DNA of 64,000 bases from the human T2T-CHM13v2.0 reference genome, Homo sapiens (GCF_009914755.1 NC_060932.1); one strand, 5' to 3'; positions 26,493 to 40,566 are shown, counted from the first letter of the stretch. The notes: generated by a model from the letters alone, not told the origin. Translations and numbers: made by a program.

Positions 26493-27422
26493 CTAGTCAT
26501 GAATCAGGTCACGGCTATGATTTGCTTTTCTCCTGGGAACTCTCCCTAACCTTAAAGTCTGGGTTAGGTGGCAGTTTTAAATTAAGCCACAGGACCAATG
26601 CCATTTTGCATGCTCCCAGTAGTAGGCCTGATATTTTTTCTATCTTATGATAATGGCGTATAGTTATGAGTTGGAATATTGTCTTGAAGTAGGCACTAAG
26701 TGAGTTAAACATGTGTGAACCAAAGCTCCAGGCCAGAGTATGAAAAATCAATGGGAGAGCCCCTCTGTGGGAGTAAACCTACTTTTTACATTTGTGAAAA
26801 TACAAAATGAGAACTGGAAAACTTATAAGAGAGTTAGAATCTATAGGCAGTGGAGTAACGAAAGTTGAAAAAATGTTATCTTAGCAGCTGATGCTTATAG
26901 TCCTAATTGGCTTGATGAGAAAGAGACTTCGAAGTCTTATGGGTCAATGTGACTTAGACTGGGGACAGATCTTAGGCAGTGCTGAAAGCTGCCAGTCACT
27001 TGTCTACACTCTATTTGAGAGCCACAGAGTCAGACGCGGACCTGTGTCCTACTTTCTTTCTGAGTCACATGGTGTTTCATGCTTTCCTTGGAGGGATAAG
27101 TGGGAACATGTCACCCTCCGGTGGGTTCATAAACTTGAATGTATAATTAGGTAGTCATTGCCATTGGCTTCCTTTTCATTTTCAGAAATCCTCTCTGGCC
27201 TCTGACAAGTCCCTTCAGAAGGGTGATAGCCACTCACATATTTTAGCTTCTCTGCAGGGTCCCTCTGAGGAGCCCTTACTGCCTCTTCCCATTTCATGGG
27301 ATTAACTATGATTGAGATTGTATCAGTGCTGAACAAGCCTTGGTGACCTGTTAGGGTTTTGACTAGATCGGTTAAGTTACATAAGAAGCTGAGAGAATCT
27401 CCGTGCGGTAGAAACATGTTTA

Positions 27423-27631
27423 GAAGTGGTTCTCCGCTCCAGGGCACATTCAATAATGTATGGAGAAATCTGGGCTTGACACTACTCGATGGTGGGCAGG
27501 GAGGGTAACCCTGGCATCTAGTAAGCAGAGGCCAGAGATGCTGCCAGGCATCCTACAATGCACACAACAGCCCCCACAACAAAGGATTATCCAGTCCCAA
27601 ATGTCAATAGGGCCAAGTTTGGAAAATCTTG
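27423..27631 (+). mobile_element. MER20 hAT-Charlie element
   Basis: GGCATCTAGTAAGCAGAGGCCAGAGATGCTGCC...CATCCTACAATGCAC...CCCAAATGTCAATAG. Confidence 0.9.
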
Positions 27632-27870
27632 TTGTAGAGGTTAAGAAAATGGGCTTTGGACTTAAACAGCTACCTAGATAATTTCCTGGGCCTAGCCAAG
27701 GTTAAATTCACCCACCTATAAAATGAGGATTAAAATATGCGTTTCTTAGTTCTTTTATAAGGAGTAACTGAGATAATATATTTATTGTCAGTTTAGCATA
27801 AACCAGGTGCTGGAGAAACTCTAAAGTGCTTCATGCAGTGACTGACTCAGAAAGCATCAAGTAAATGTAA
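27632..27870 (+). mobile_element. MIR
   Basis: GAGGTTAAGAAAATGGGCTTTGG...CACCTATAAAATGAGGATT. Confidence 0.55.
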
Positions 27871-27974
27871 GCAACAACCGCGATAGATTTCTAAATAAAT
27901 GAAAAAACTGTTGTAAATATATAGCATTCAGACTAGATTATGGATTCTGTGTGTTGCCTGTGCATGCGTGTGTG

Positions 27975-27998
27975 GGGTGTGTGTGTGTGTGTGTGTGT
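27975..27998 (+). repeat. (TG)n microsatellite
   Basis: Dinucleotide run. Confidence 0.9.
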
Positions 27999-28558
27999 TA
28001 GAATGGCAAATTACCTGTGATTGCTCCATTGTCCTGAGAAGTGAAACTATCCTATGATGCATAGGAGAAGGGAGTGCAAATCACCAGCCAGGAAAATCCC
28101 AGCTCTATCCAGCCTCACCTCTTGAGAGATCAGTGGGCTCTGGGGATAACGGACAAGCAAGGGACAAGCAAGAGGACGAGAGGGCTCAGGCGGTGAAGAA
28201 AGAAAAGGAGCAGATGGAAAGACAGAGGGAACTGAGTACGGAGGATGGCAGCTGAGAAACCTCCGTGAAAGTAGAGGCCCAGAAAGCCTGACAGAAAGCA
28301 ACACACATATGGGAGACTGAAGGAAGCGGGGTTGGAATTCTAAAGCTAATTTTTACCTATAGCTGCCATCTTGAGATCGTAAGAATCCAACCACCCCAAC
28401 TAAAAAATAACTTATTTTCCTCTTGTGAAAACACATGGAACATAATACGTCTTCAATCAAGACTCTACTGTAACTACCCTTAATCGAACTGTCAAAGTTT
28501 TTACCAACATCAGCAAACTCTCTGCTATCTCTTCCACCTTTTGCCTCCCTCCTCCCAG

Positions 28559-28645
28559 AGGCAGCCAGCCAGCCCTCGGGCTGTGTGGACCAGAGGTGCC
28601 AGCTGAACACGCTGGGGTGGAACATTGTTCTGTTGGTGGGTGCAG
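28559..28645 (+). other. Candidate plus-strand exon (87 nt)
   Basis: About 35-nt polypyrimidine tract ending cctcccag|A; donor CAG|gtaggt; length is a multiple of 3. Confidence 0.35.
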
Positions 28646-29184
28646 GTAGGTCATTGCATACCGATTTATATCCAACACTCCTAGTGGGAATTTTGTTTTT
28701 AAATTATCAAATATGAGGACATGTGAAATTTCTGAATAATTACTGAGTAATTGAACCTAGTATTGGAATTACTGAAAAATTGGAACATTCTTGATGTTAA
28801 TTTTCTCATCAGTACGAGCATAAAATAACTAGCTTTTAAAGAGCCATCATATATCCATTTACCAAAACTTCGCGTAAGAAAGAAATTATCTTCTCAGCAT
28901 GTTTTTTTTTTTTAACTCAAATTTATTTCTTTCACTGAGGAGCTCTCCCAGAAGTGAAGATCTTGAAAGGAAGCAGAGCTCAACGGCAAACTCACAAGGC
29001 TCACAGGGCGCCTGCGTTTCCCTCTCACTCCTTTCAAGTGGAATGTAGTTTTCAAGAAATGGGGAAAAAATACGAATGCTGGAGAAGCCTTTTATAAACA
29101 AGCCATTTAAACTTCAGAGACAATTAGCCCCCTGCCCATTTTAAACTTGTGGGTTTCATAGCCTCGGCTTTCTTGATAATTTAC

Positions 29185-29341
29185 TTTGGAAATTCCCAGG
29201 CCTGTTAGGCTGGCCTGGGTGAGTTCCGCCTTCACATGTGTGGCTGCTTGGAGACGTCCAGCTGCCATGGTCAGTTTGACGAAGTACACATAAGCTTTTG
29301 GCACCACATATTTGCAATATCATGGACGGTCAAGGAGGCGC
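29185..29341 (-). other. Candidate exon (157 nt) carrying an ATG at 29323
   Basis: Acceptor gtatttttataacag|G; weak donor AAA|gtaaat; CpG-retaining unique sequence. Confidence 0.3.
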
Positions 29342-31539
29342 CTGTTATAAAAATACACAGTGAAACACAACTGAAGGACTGCTCTTTCTCAAAGACGGAC
29401 GTAATGCATTCCTTCTGTTTAGGCTCATTTTCCAGCCTTTCACATTCTTTGTGAACAAGAGTTATAAAACAACCCTGATGCAGGCCAATTATTTTTACTT
29501 TGAAGGCCATTAATCAAGATTGACTAAGAAAATGAAGACAGCTAAGCAAAATTTCATATGTGACTAGAGTAAGATTAAAATAAAACCAGATGGGATGGAC
29601 AGAGACACTAAGTATTTTTTTTTTAAATTTTTGGACTCGTGTAATAAATGTCTTTTACAAATTACAGCACTCTTATTTTCTTACAGTAAATCAAATCAGG
29701 CCATAATGTACAAGTGGTCTCATTGCTAAAATGTCAAAAATAGAACCTGCCTTGTTCTTGTAGAGTAATTCCTCAAATCTAAACCAGCAGTGCAGGCTAA
29801 CAGTCTATAAACCATCTACCTGTGTACAATCAGAACTGTACCTGATGGATGTGTTTCTCATGGCCTCAGAGCAAACCACACAGTGAATTCTCAGAAATCT
29901 CATCATGAAATGATTAGAGTTTTGAATCAGAGTTGTCAAGTAGTCCAATGCCCTTTCAGTTAAGAAAAGGTGAGTTCAAGACCTGTTAAATATTCCAGAT
30001 TCTCTGTCATGAAAATGACTAAGGGAGGCCGCAAATTCTCTCTACCTAAAGACTTTAAAATTGTTTTTCCTTGGATCGTCAGAATCTAATATTACTAGTA
30101 GATATATTATTTTTGTCACACAAATACACATTTTTTAATAGAATAGTAAGAGATGTGTGTTCAAAAATAAAATGAAATTTTTCCTTCTGAATTTCTTCGC
30201 CTTTTTTTTCCCCCAATTTTGCAAGGGTCTGTCTCCCATGCTTCAAACAGCAGAAGTATCTTCCCGCAGTGAGAAAATGACTGAAAATAACCAGCTGTTT
30301 CAGGATCTCTATCAAAACACACACAATAATCCCAAAGAATTCTTCCCCATTTAGCACTGTCAGGTTAAAAAGTCGGCTTAGGAAATGAGACTAAACTTTC
30401 TTTTCATAACACTCAGTGAACCATTTCCACAATATATTTAGAGAGGACATATGCATTTCTTAAAGCAGATTTAAAATAATCTGGAAAGAAATTGAAGTAA
30501 ATTTTCAACTATAGTAATTTTTCTTAACTCTTCAGATGCTTCCTTTTCAAGATAAAGGCAATTTTGAGTTTACCAAAGAACATTGTTTTTAAAAATTATT
30601 TTCCTAAAAAAAAAATCAGTCAACCCATGAGAATAAAGGGACCCACCATTCCTTCTCTGATACCTCCAAACAAAGCGCAAAACATTTTGTAAAATTCCTC
30701 AGAAAAAAAAATGTAACTGCCTAGACAGTTATACCTTATTTAATGCATTAAATTGTGATTCTCAAAAGCCACATTCACTTTGCTTTTGTTTTGTTTTGTT
30801 TGGTTTTGTTTTAAAGTGGGCTTGTCATTTATTTGCTTTCTATTTAAAGCCTTCTGGTGAATCCTTCTGTAAATAAAGTTTCTTATTGATATATGGAGGC
30901 TAACATCAAGGAATAATGCTGAATTGAATTAAATTAAAGTGACATAAATCAACTGCTGAAAGGTATTACTCTTAAAAGTTTAGATGTTTATGTGGATTTC
31001 TTAATTAGTGACTCTAGAAGCCAGACTAACTCCCCCCAACATGCTTTATTTGTAAATCCAGGAATAAAGGACTCTATAAGTTGATGTGTCTCTAACTCAT
31101 GCAGAATATTACCAGGGACATTTTTTGCCTTGATCTCAAACAGCATACCAAATCCAAATTCAGTATATTTTGGGGTTCAAAACAAGCTACTTTTCTCGAT
31201 ATCCACATATCTGTCAATTGCAACTTCATCCTCCAAACCTAAATCTCAAAATCCCTAAATTTTAACGTCTTAGATCCCCTTGAAAAATCTCAAACACCCA
31301 TGCTACATTCAATCACTAGTCTTCCAACCACCAAGAGCTATCTGTCAGTCAGACTATGCAGTCAAGACTTCTCAAGAGTCCAATACAAAAGAACTGACCA
31401 TCTGGGAAAATATGCCCAGGGGATGGAGCTGTTACTAAGTCATCAGACTTTTAAACAAAGAGGGGAAAATCTGGCTAAAACCTTAAGAAATGGAGCAAAA
31501 TACATGAATTTAACACAGCCAAAAGAGGACTCGTTAATT

Positions 31540-32445
31540 TTCCCCCACTTCCCTCTTAGTATTTGCCATCTTCCACTTTCATAATTCATGCTCAAACCAA
31601 AGAATATGGGAATTGTTCTGTATTCTGCTCTTTCCTTACCCCCATGTAATCCACCAGTAAATGCTACCAACTCTGCCTTCAAAACACATCCCCACTCTCA
31701 AACGCTTGTTTACTATCACTATTAAAATTTTAGTCAAGTCTCTCATATCAGCAGTCTCTTCCCTAGACTATCATCACAGATTCCTCCCCAATGTACCTGC
31801 CTCTTCTTTTGCTCCTGTAATCAATTCTCAAGGCAGAGTGATCTTTTAAAAATGGAAATTAGGTCTTATCTTACACTCCTCTTGAAAACTTTCCAGTTGT
31901 TTTACTTCATAAATAGAGGAACATTCTACCTTATTTCAATGCCAATACCTTAACTCATTACAGTGGCCTGTACAAACTTACCTCATCTAGCCTCTACCTT
32001 TTGGATATTGCCTCCTTCTGCTTTTCCTGTGGCTTACCATATTCAAGCCCACTGACCCTCTCTCATTACTGAATTAAGCCAGGTTCATTTCTGTTTTAAG
32101 ACCAATGCACTAGATGTTCTCTATACCTAAAATATTATTTTCCCAATATTTTGGGAAATATTGTAGCTGTCTACTTTTTGTCATTCAAACGTCTGTTTGA
32201 ATGTCATCTCCTCAGAAAGGCCACTCTAACACTCTGCCTAAATTTTCCCCCAGTCACTCTCTGTCACATTACCTTATTTTGATTCTCTATAATATATATT
32301 CATTTATTTGGTCACTGTTTATCCATCAACAATAGGATGTAAGCTTCATCAGGGCAGGGTCCTTGTCTCTCTTGCTAACTGCCATAAATCTAGCATTAGA
32401 TTGAGTGTGGCCTTTTACAGGAAAAAATAAGTTTGTTGAATAAAT
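31540..32445 (+). mobile_element. L2 (L2a-like) 3' portion
   Basis: GCAGAGTGATCTTTTAAAAATG...GAATGTCATCTCCTCAGAAAGGCC...GTAAGCTTCATCAGGGCAGGG...TTTGTTGAATAAATAAA. Confidence 0.85.
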
Positions 32446-32699
32446 AAAGGAATGAAAATGGGGGAAAAATAGAAACTAAGTCAGAACACATAAAAAGGGA
32501 AGTAGAAACAAAATGAGTAGAGACAGAGCTGATGCTTCTTTCAGAATCCAAGCCCATAAATGTGGGGTCTCTTCTGTGGCTTTTCCTCTGTTTGGGAAGA
32601 GTTGGATTTGAAAGGGACAAAGTCACTGAATACAATCAATTATCCATGAGACTGCCTTTTCAAACCCTTCCCCTCTTGACATTTCTGCCTCCATTCATG

Positions 32700-33060
32700 G
32701 GACCGTTTCTCTCAGTTCTCTATGCTTTCTGAGCTGGACCACCTTGTTCTGGTCTTGACTATTCCCAGTCCATCCAGTGCACTGCTGCCAAATTAATCTT
32801 ACTAAAAACAGTATGCATGATGTCACCTTCCAGCTCAAAACACTCTTCAAGTGGTTCTCATTATCTAAGGGTAAAGGTCAAACGTTTTAGTTTAGCACAC
32901 AAGACCATGGGAGTTCACCCAGACAACCCTCCCAGCCTTATCTCCCCTGGCTCCTCAACAGGAACCCAGTCCTAGTGAAGCTGGGAACTCCTTAGCCCCT
33001 TGAACGCATGTTGTCCACTCCCCGTCTTGCCCATGGAACTTAGGATGATGAAAATCTTCT
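32700..33060 (+). mobile_element. Older L2 fragment
   Basis: CACTGCTGCCAAATTAATCTTACTAAAA...GATGTCACCTTCCAGCTCAAAACACTCTTCAAGTGG. Confidence 0.65.
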
Positions 33061-33339
33061 CCTCTTCTATTCAGCCTTTAACCAGCAATCATGGTCCAGA
33101 CAGAATCCCAAAGGAACTTTTTAAAAAATCCTAAAATGCTTATTATTCTTTATTGTAGCTTTGGCCATTATCACACATTACTTCTAAATGATCATTATTT
33201 TCTCCTTTACTTAAGTCTTGTTTCCTTGAAGGCTGGAAATATATTTTTCTATTTTTTTCGCACTCCTCTCAACTCAAACCTAGGAAATATATTTTTCTTT
33301 ACTTTCTCCCCTTACTCGGACTCAAACTTTGACATGTTA

Positions 33340-33472
33340 CTGAAAACCTTACAGAGACTGTATTTACTAACCTGAAAGGAGGGATGATAATGGTAGGTTT
33401 GCAGATTTGCTACAAGAATTAAATGATATAATGCATGTAATAAGTTTAGCACAGTGCCTGGCATCTATTGCA
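33340..33472 (+). mobile_element. MIR 3' part
   Basis: GAATTAAATGATATAATGCATGTAA...TTAGCACAGTGCCTGGCA. Confidence 0.75.
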
Positions 33473-33674
33473 ATGAAGTAGGTTAAGAAATTGACTGATA
33501 AATTAATCAAATAATCTATTTAGAAACTGTAAAACACCGCTGGTTATTATATGGATTTATTTATACTGCAAGTACAACTCCCCAAAACATACATATAGTA
33601 AACACAAGTTAATCTTTTTTAAAAGGATGTGACTTCTGATTTCCAGTATCATCACTATAACCTGTAATCTGACC

Positions 33675-33830
33675 CAGTAATTCTTAACCTCTTGTAAAAC
33701 TGAAACCCCATTAAAAATCTTATTAAAGCCCTTGGATCTCTCCCTAGAAAAACACACATACATAAAAAAGATGTATATATAACTCCGGAGAGCTTCATTG
33801 GCCCTTCTAGCCTATGCATGAATTTCTGGC
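33675..33830. mobile_element. hAT-Charlie-type MER fragment
   Basis: CAGTAATTCTTAACCT terminus and GGATCTCTCCCTAGAAAAACACACATAC motif. Confidence 0.45.
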
Positions 33831-34274
33831 AATCTATTCAAACTTTATCAAGCCATAAAGCCCAATGTTCAGAAACCCAGTGTCAAGACTGTTCACTCTG
33901 TCCATTCCTGGCTCTTTGACAACACTACATTGATTACCAAACACCGATCTGCAGCAGAAGGCATGAACTCACTTTTTAAAACAAAGGCAAATTAAATGAA
34001 GTAAAAGAAAACCAAAAACCAAAATAATGAAGAAATATGTTTTTTTTAACACTTTTGCAACAAGTGCACTAGGCTGCTTTCACATTAGATTTCAAAAACA
34101 TGGACCACTAATTTTTGGCTATTTCTTCTCTACAAATGAGATAGAAATTACAATATCAAAAGAAATCTCAAGTTCACCTTCAAATTTGGGGTTTTAGTTT
34201 TCAGAAAAAAAAGAGAAAGAAAGATCTTTCTTTCTTTCTCTTTCTCTTTCTCTTTTTCTTTAAATCCTTCCTTC

Positions 34275-34745
34275 CTGCTTTAAAGTTATTGAATACATGC
34301 TTGGTGCCATACAGTTTGCTAGAAATCGGGCAGATAGTAATGAGCAACACAGTTTCTGCCCTAAAAAATCTTACAGTCTCTTGAAAAATACAACATTACT
34401 AATTACTTATATGAATGAATAAGTGGTAACAATATAATATGTACCAACAATTGTACGTATGAACAATATAATATGTACCAACAAGGACAACTGTTGTATG
34501 TTATAAGAGTATGCAACTGGAAAAGAAAAGCTCCTCTAGGCATCAGAGGAAGTCTCTTGGAGAAAGACACATTTTAACTGAGATCTGAAGATTGGGTAGG
34601 AGTCAACCAGATGAAGTGCGTGGAATGAGGGGATTGGGATGGTGTCATAGGAGAGTCACCAAGGTAGGAAAGAACATCCTAGGAACTCAAAGAACACCAG
34701 TGCTGTTGGAAGGTGGAAGAATTATGGAAAGCCTTGTAAGTTATA
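34275..34745 (-). mobile_element. L2 fragment
   Basis: TTATTGAATACATGCTTGGTGCC...CATTTTAACTGAGATCTGAAGATTGGGTAGGAGT. Confidence 0.7.
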
Positions 34746-34748
34746 TAT

Positions 34749-35060
34749 TTGTTAGGAATACCTCTGATTTCAAGTCATAGATAAGTAACATGGCTTTAAA
34801 ATGTGGGTTGAAATTTTCTTATATAACAGAAATTTTAGAGATAAGTAATTACCCACACTGCTTCAGCTATCCATTGATATCACCAGTGACCCAGATTTCT
34901 TCTGCTCTTCCTCCTTTCATGATGAGTGCATTTTCTTTCATTCTCATGCTTGCCATTTCATGGCCATAAGATGGCTGCTGAAGCTCCAGGCATCACCACC
35001 ATATTCAAGGCAGGGAAAAATGAAGGAAAAGTGGCAGCACCAGCTACATCTCTCAGGCTG
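34749..35060 (-). mobile_element. Old MLT1 (J/K-type) fragment
   Basis: CATGGCCATAAGATGGCTGCTGAAGCTCCAGGCATCAC. Confidence 0.6.
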
Positions 35061-36640
35061 TCATGGAGAAAATTGACTGAAGAGGCAAGAGATGATATGT
35101 GGTGACAGAAAGATATTAACCGGGGAAAAATGCCCGAGACACGAAAGGAGATGATAGTAGTAGAGAGGGGGAGAAGAGGGATTCAGGAAACAGAAGGTTT
35201 AGGATGACTCTAACTATTCATAGGATTGTTATGTATAGCAAATGCAGTCATGTGTATGAGTGCACTTTAAAATTATAAAGTTTTATATGAAATTCGTGCA
35301 TTTTAAGGTCAAAATTTGACTAGCTTGCTATTAAGATACATGTTGTCCTTGAATTTAAAACTCCTCTTTTATTAGAACTCTTGAAAGATATAAAATCCAG
35401 TTGATTCATTTGGTAAAATAAAACTACATTCTGATCTTTTTTCCTTAAAAACGTCAAAACTTCACTTCTATTTAGTGATGTAGAAAAGACAAAAAATAAC
35501 CCCGAGTCAACTGTATTTGCTCCCTCCAGCTTAATGAAATAATTGCGCTTTTGTGCTCGTACCAAGGAAAACCCAACTGCAGCAGATAAAGGATAGCCTT
35601 AAAGACAGGAGGAAAAGCTCCAGTCTCCCTTCAGTCAGGTGAATCCTTCTACAGAAAAAAAGGTGGAGATGGAGGGTGTTGCACTAAACCCACATCCTAA
35701 CATAAATCTCATAAAAAAATTAGAATTTCTCATTTTTCTATAACCGCTACTATTAGGATTCATTCCTGGGCTGAGACATTTTTTTTTTAATTTCAACTCT
35801 CACATTAACAGTCCAATAATAAACCCTTGATTAAAGAAAAAGGATTACAGTGAAAGGGTTGAAATAAGCTTAATTGTAGAGGTGTGATTAATGCCACAGT
35901 GATAGACTCCCAGGTAATGATTTTTAAAATTTTATAGGAAATGTTTAACAAGATGATTGCCTGACTATAAAATTCTCTGTACAAGAAAATAGTCCTTGAA
36001 AGCAGCATTGGGTCCTGTTGCACTAATACATTTATGAATGGCAACATTTCTTTTATAGTTTTGATGAATGCTAAAGTAGAAACTTTATTATAATGATTTT
36101 GGACCCAGAACTGTGAAAATAGAGGGCAGAATATGAACATTTTACCAGATCAATCAATTTTCATTTAAAATTCTACTCATTGTGTATGGTATCAAACTAT
36201 GAAAATGTAACATTTCAAACTAGTGATTTCTATCCTACCAAAATTGCAGTACTTATTTAGGTTTTGAAGTAGATAGGATCAGTGTTAGAGACAGCATGGT
36301 GTAGCAAAAAAGAAAAAAAAGAAAGGAAAGAAAAGAAAAGAAAATAGATTGAAATACCTGTGCTGTAGTTTCTTCTTTTATTTCGTCATTCAATCTGCGA
36401 GCGTTTACACAAAGCCTAATAATTGTAAGACAATGAAATAGAAGGACCCCAGATGTTTCTAGGTATTCTTCTTAAGAAATGCTCAGGCTCCACAGGGTAG
36501 GAACACAGAGGCAGACACATAATTGAAACGTCATAAATGGTATGACCTTGTGTTCATTTGTAATGAAAACATATAAGTTTATGGGAACATAGAGGAGAGA
36601 AATTCATCTCAGGAGGGTGTGGATTAAAAAGGGGCTTAGG

Positions 36641-37690
<1,050 letters not shown>

Positions 37691-37899
37691 GCTTGTTAAT
37701 AACACCACTCAGCGAGAGCTGTGGCATGAAAGGAGCAGGAGGCCTTTACTGTACTGTGAGATTCCTTGAAGATCAAATGAGAGACTCTGTGAAACAAAAA
37801 TATGGAAGTATGACATGGTTATTATTTGAACTTGACTCAAATGCTTAAATGATATACCTTAAAAAACAAACCATAAAGCTGTAATCATAACAACAAAAA

Positions 37900-38211
37900 C
37901 AAAATTCATCTGTTGATGTCGAATCACTGCAATGCTATAAGGGGGTGAGGCATTTGGGAGGTGATTAGGTCATGAGGGTAGAACTGTCATGAATGGTATT
38001 AATGCCCTTATGGAAGAGTCCCCAGAGAGCTGCCTTACACCTTACAACATATGAGAGCACAGGGAGAAGGTCCCATCTATAAATAGGGAAACAGGCCCAC
38101 ACCTTGACCTCAGACATCCTAGCCTCTGGAGCTGTGAGAAATGAATTTCTGTTGTTTGTATGCCACCTAGTCTACGGTATTTTGTTATAGCAGCCTAGAT
38201 GAACTAAGACG
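37900..38211 (+). mobile_element. MLT1A0-type MaLR LTR (partial)
   Basis: TTTGGGAGGTGATTAGGTCATGAGGGTAGA...GGTATTTTGTTATAGCAGCCTAGATGAACTAAGAC. Confidence 0.85.
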
Positions 38212-39014
38212 CTCACTCACCAAAATAGTTTTATAGGTGTGAGATAGAGAGATATTAGGATGAGCAGAAAATGTCACTATGAAAATTTTATAACTCCACT
38301 GAAAATCTATCCAGATTAAATTATTGGGAAGAAATTGATGACGGAAACACTACCTAATATTTGAAAAATGATTTCAACTTTTCTAAGGTTTTGGGTTTCA
38401 TTTATTCCTTATATTTTCCTGTATGTACATTTAAGAACAAGTCAAATTGATTAGAACAGCACTCTTTGAGGCTAAAATACCCAAGCCATTCCTCAGGAGA
38501 AATTAGTCCTTAGGAATTCTAGGACACTATAGGATTTAAAGAACTGGTGGGGGATTAAAAGCTCACACTATTTTGGTAACCAAGTCCAGTGAATTTTGAA
38601 ACTAATTATTGGGCTTTCGTTACATCAAATGTAGATAGTGGATAAGGTCATTTTATTTGTTTATGTCCTCAGTGTTAAATTTTAACTCCATCTTCTCTTT
38701 TCCTCAGTAAGTGATCCAAAATTATCTTTGCTGCTTTCCCAGAAATAATCTTAAAGTCAGTGCTCAGTACTAAGATAATGATTTCAGTAGAACTGTGCTT
38801 CACTTAAAGAAAAAAAACGAATTAGATGAATTGTATTCATCTAATATGTAAAGACTTCAGGTCCTTTTTTTCCAATAGAACAGAGTAAGATGCAACACTC
38901 CCTTGGGTCTTGTTGAAGCCCAGCAAGAAGAGTTTGTTAATTTGGTACAATATTGCATATAAAAAGACATCATGCTGATTTTAATATAGTTAGGGTTAGC
39001 GTTAAAAACCAGCA

Positions 39015-39195
39015 GAAGAGTATGGTGTTTGGAATCAATTGTGAGATCTTGTTGCAAGCTAGGTAACAACTTTGAACCTTCACTGTAAAGTGAACATAAT
39101 GACACCTCCCTAGTACTATGTAAGAGATGAATTAGATAATGCATATAATGGGCTTAGTACAGGAGCTAGTAATTTTGTCTTAATAAATTAATAGA
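39015..39195 (+). mobile_element. MIR
   Basis: GTAAAGTGAACATAATGACACCTCCCTAG...GAATTAGATAATGCATATAATGGGCTTAGTACAG. Confidence 0.6.
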
Positions 39196-39232
39196 CACTC
39201 TTATTGCTAATAATAACAAACATTATTTTCAT

Positions 39233-39324
39233 AAATAAAATCACTTTTATAATTTTCTCTTATAAGATGACCTTTACAAATAAAATTGCTTTTATAAGTT
39301 TCTCATATAAGATGACCTTTACAA
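39233..39324 (+). repeat. 45-bp tandem duplication (2 copies, 4 mismatches)
   Basis: AAATAAAATCACTTTTATAATTTTCTCTTATAAGATGACCTTTAC followed by AAATAAAATTGCTTTTATAAGTTTCTCATATAAGATGACCTTTAC. Confidence 0.9.
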
Positions 39325-40566
39325 TTCAGAGTTTATTTTGACTGTCCAGCATGTAAACACTTGTAATGTGAAAGGGCTCTCAAGAGAGGTGAATAACTGG
39401 GTCATACCTCCTACTATAAAAACTTAAAAGCATGTTGATGTTTCTTTCTCTCTCTGACCAACTAGATGTTCCCATTTTGGAAAGCACAAATGTATACTCA
39501 CATGGCATGGATTCAAAGAGAACTTTTGAAAAATTCTGTTTAGCTAAAAATTTATATCTAATTTATCTTTACCTTTTAGTCCTTTTCAAGTATTTTTTGA
39601 GAATCTAAATCAATTTTCTCATGCATTAAGTTATTCCTTTTATTTATTGCTTATTTATTATATATAAATATATTTTTATTTATTATTTCTGTGAAAAAAG
39701 ATAAGTGATCAATGAGCAGGTCACAGAGCTAAAAAAATCTCATGATAAATGAAGAATGAAGAAGATGAGAAAATAGAAAGAAAATTAAATGATATTAGTA
39801 AATGTGAGAAAGTCAAAGGTATACTTGTTATGGCCAGTGTCTGAAACTTAATTGAAAAATTGCATAAGTCTAGTTGTATTGAATATAGTGGCAAAATTAT
39901 GCTATATTTCATTTATCTTTAGTACTACTTGTTTCTCCAAAAAATAATTAAGCATTGTTTTTTCCTACAAGTATTATATTTCTGAGTTATAAGACTAGGG
40001 TTTATTATAATGCTGAGTTTTGATGACATTCTTATATGGGCCAGTGGCTTTTCCGTCTTTTATCTAACAGTTTATGTTATATTGTATTTCAGTAACACCG
40101 ATTGTCAAAAAAACTTTTTAATTTATATTCAGAAAACTCCAAGGACCTCTATGAGATATTGACTCTGACTAAGTTATAATGTAGTTAGTTGCATTTTTGT
40201 GTACACTACTGGGGTTTGGTTTCCAAAAGCCCCAAACATAGCACAAATGAATGATCTCAGTCAGGACTCCACTTGTAGGTGCATAGTAGCCACTCACTAA
40301 TTTAAAATTGATTGATTCTTGCACTCTCCATGCACTGGCCTGGCCAGGCCTAAAAGTAAATTAATATTTGGACTCTGAGTAGAAGATAAAACACATTTCT
40401 AGTTTTGGAAATCATTAAGTAGAATTACTAGTAATGGATGATTATTATTGTGTCATTCCACTCCCATAAAAATATAGAAGAAAGAAAAAGTTCTGCATAA
40501 AGGCAGTAGTCCAATCCCTCCCTCCTATGCAACTTTCCACTTCCATTTAAAAATGAGATAATAGCG

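Noticed and set aside
28619-28631. GGAACA-T-TGTTCT as a steroid response element
   Set aside because: 1-bp spacer; canonical GRE/ARE needs 3 bp
34428-34484. Repeat-spacer-repeat as a CRISPR-like array
   Set aside because: Only two copies, an 11-nt spacer, primate DNA and no cas genes
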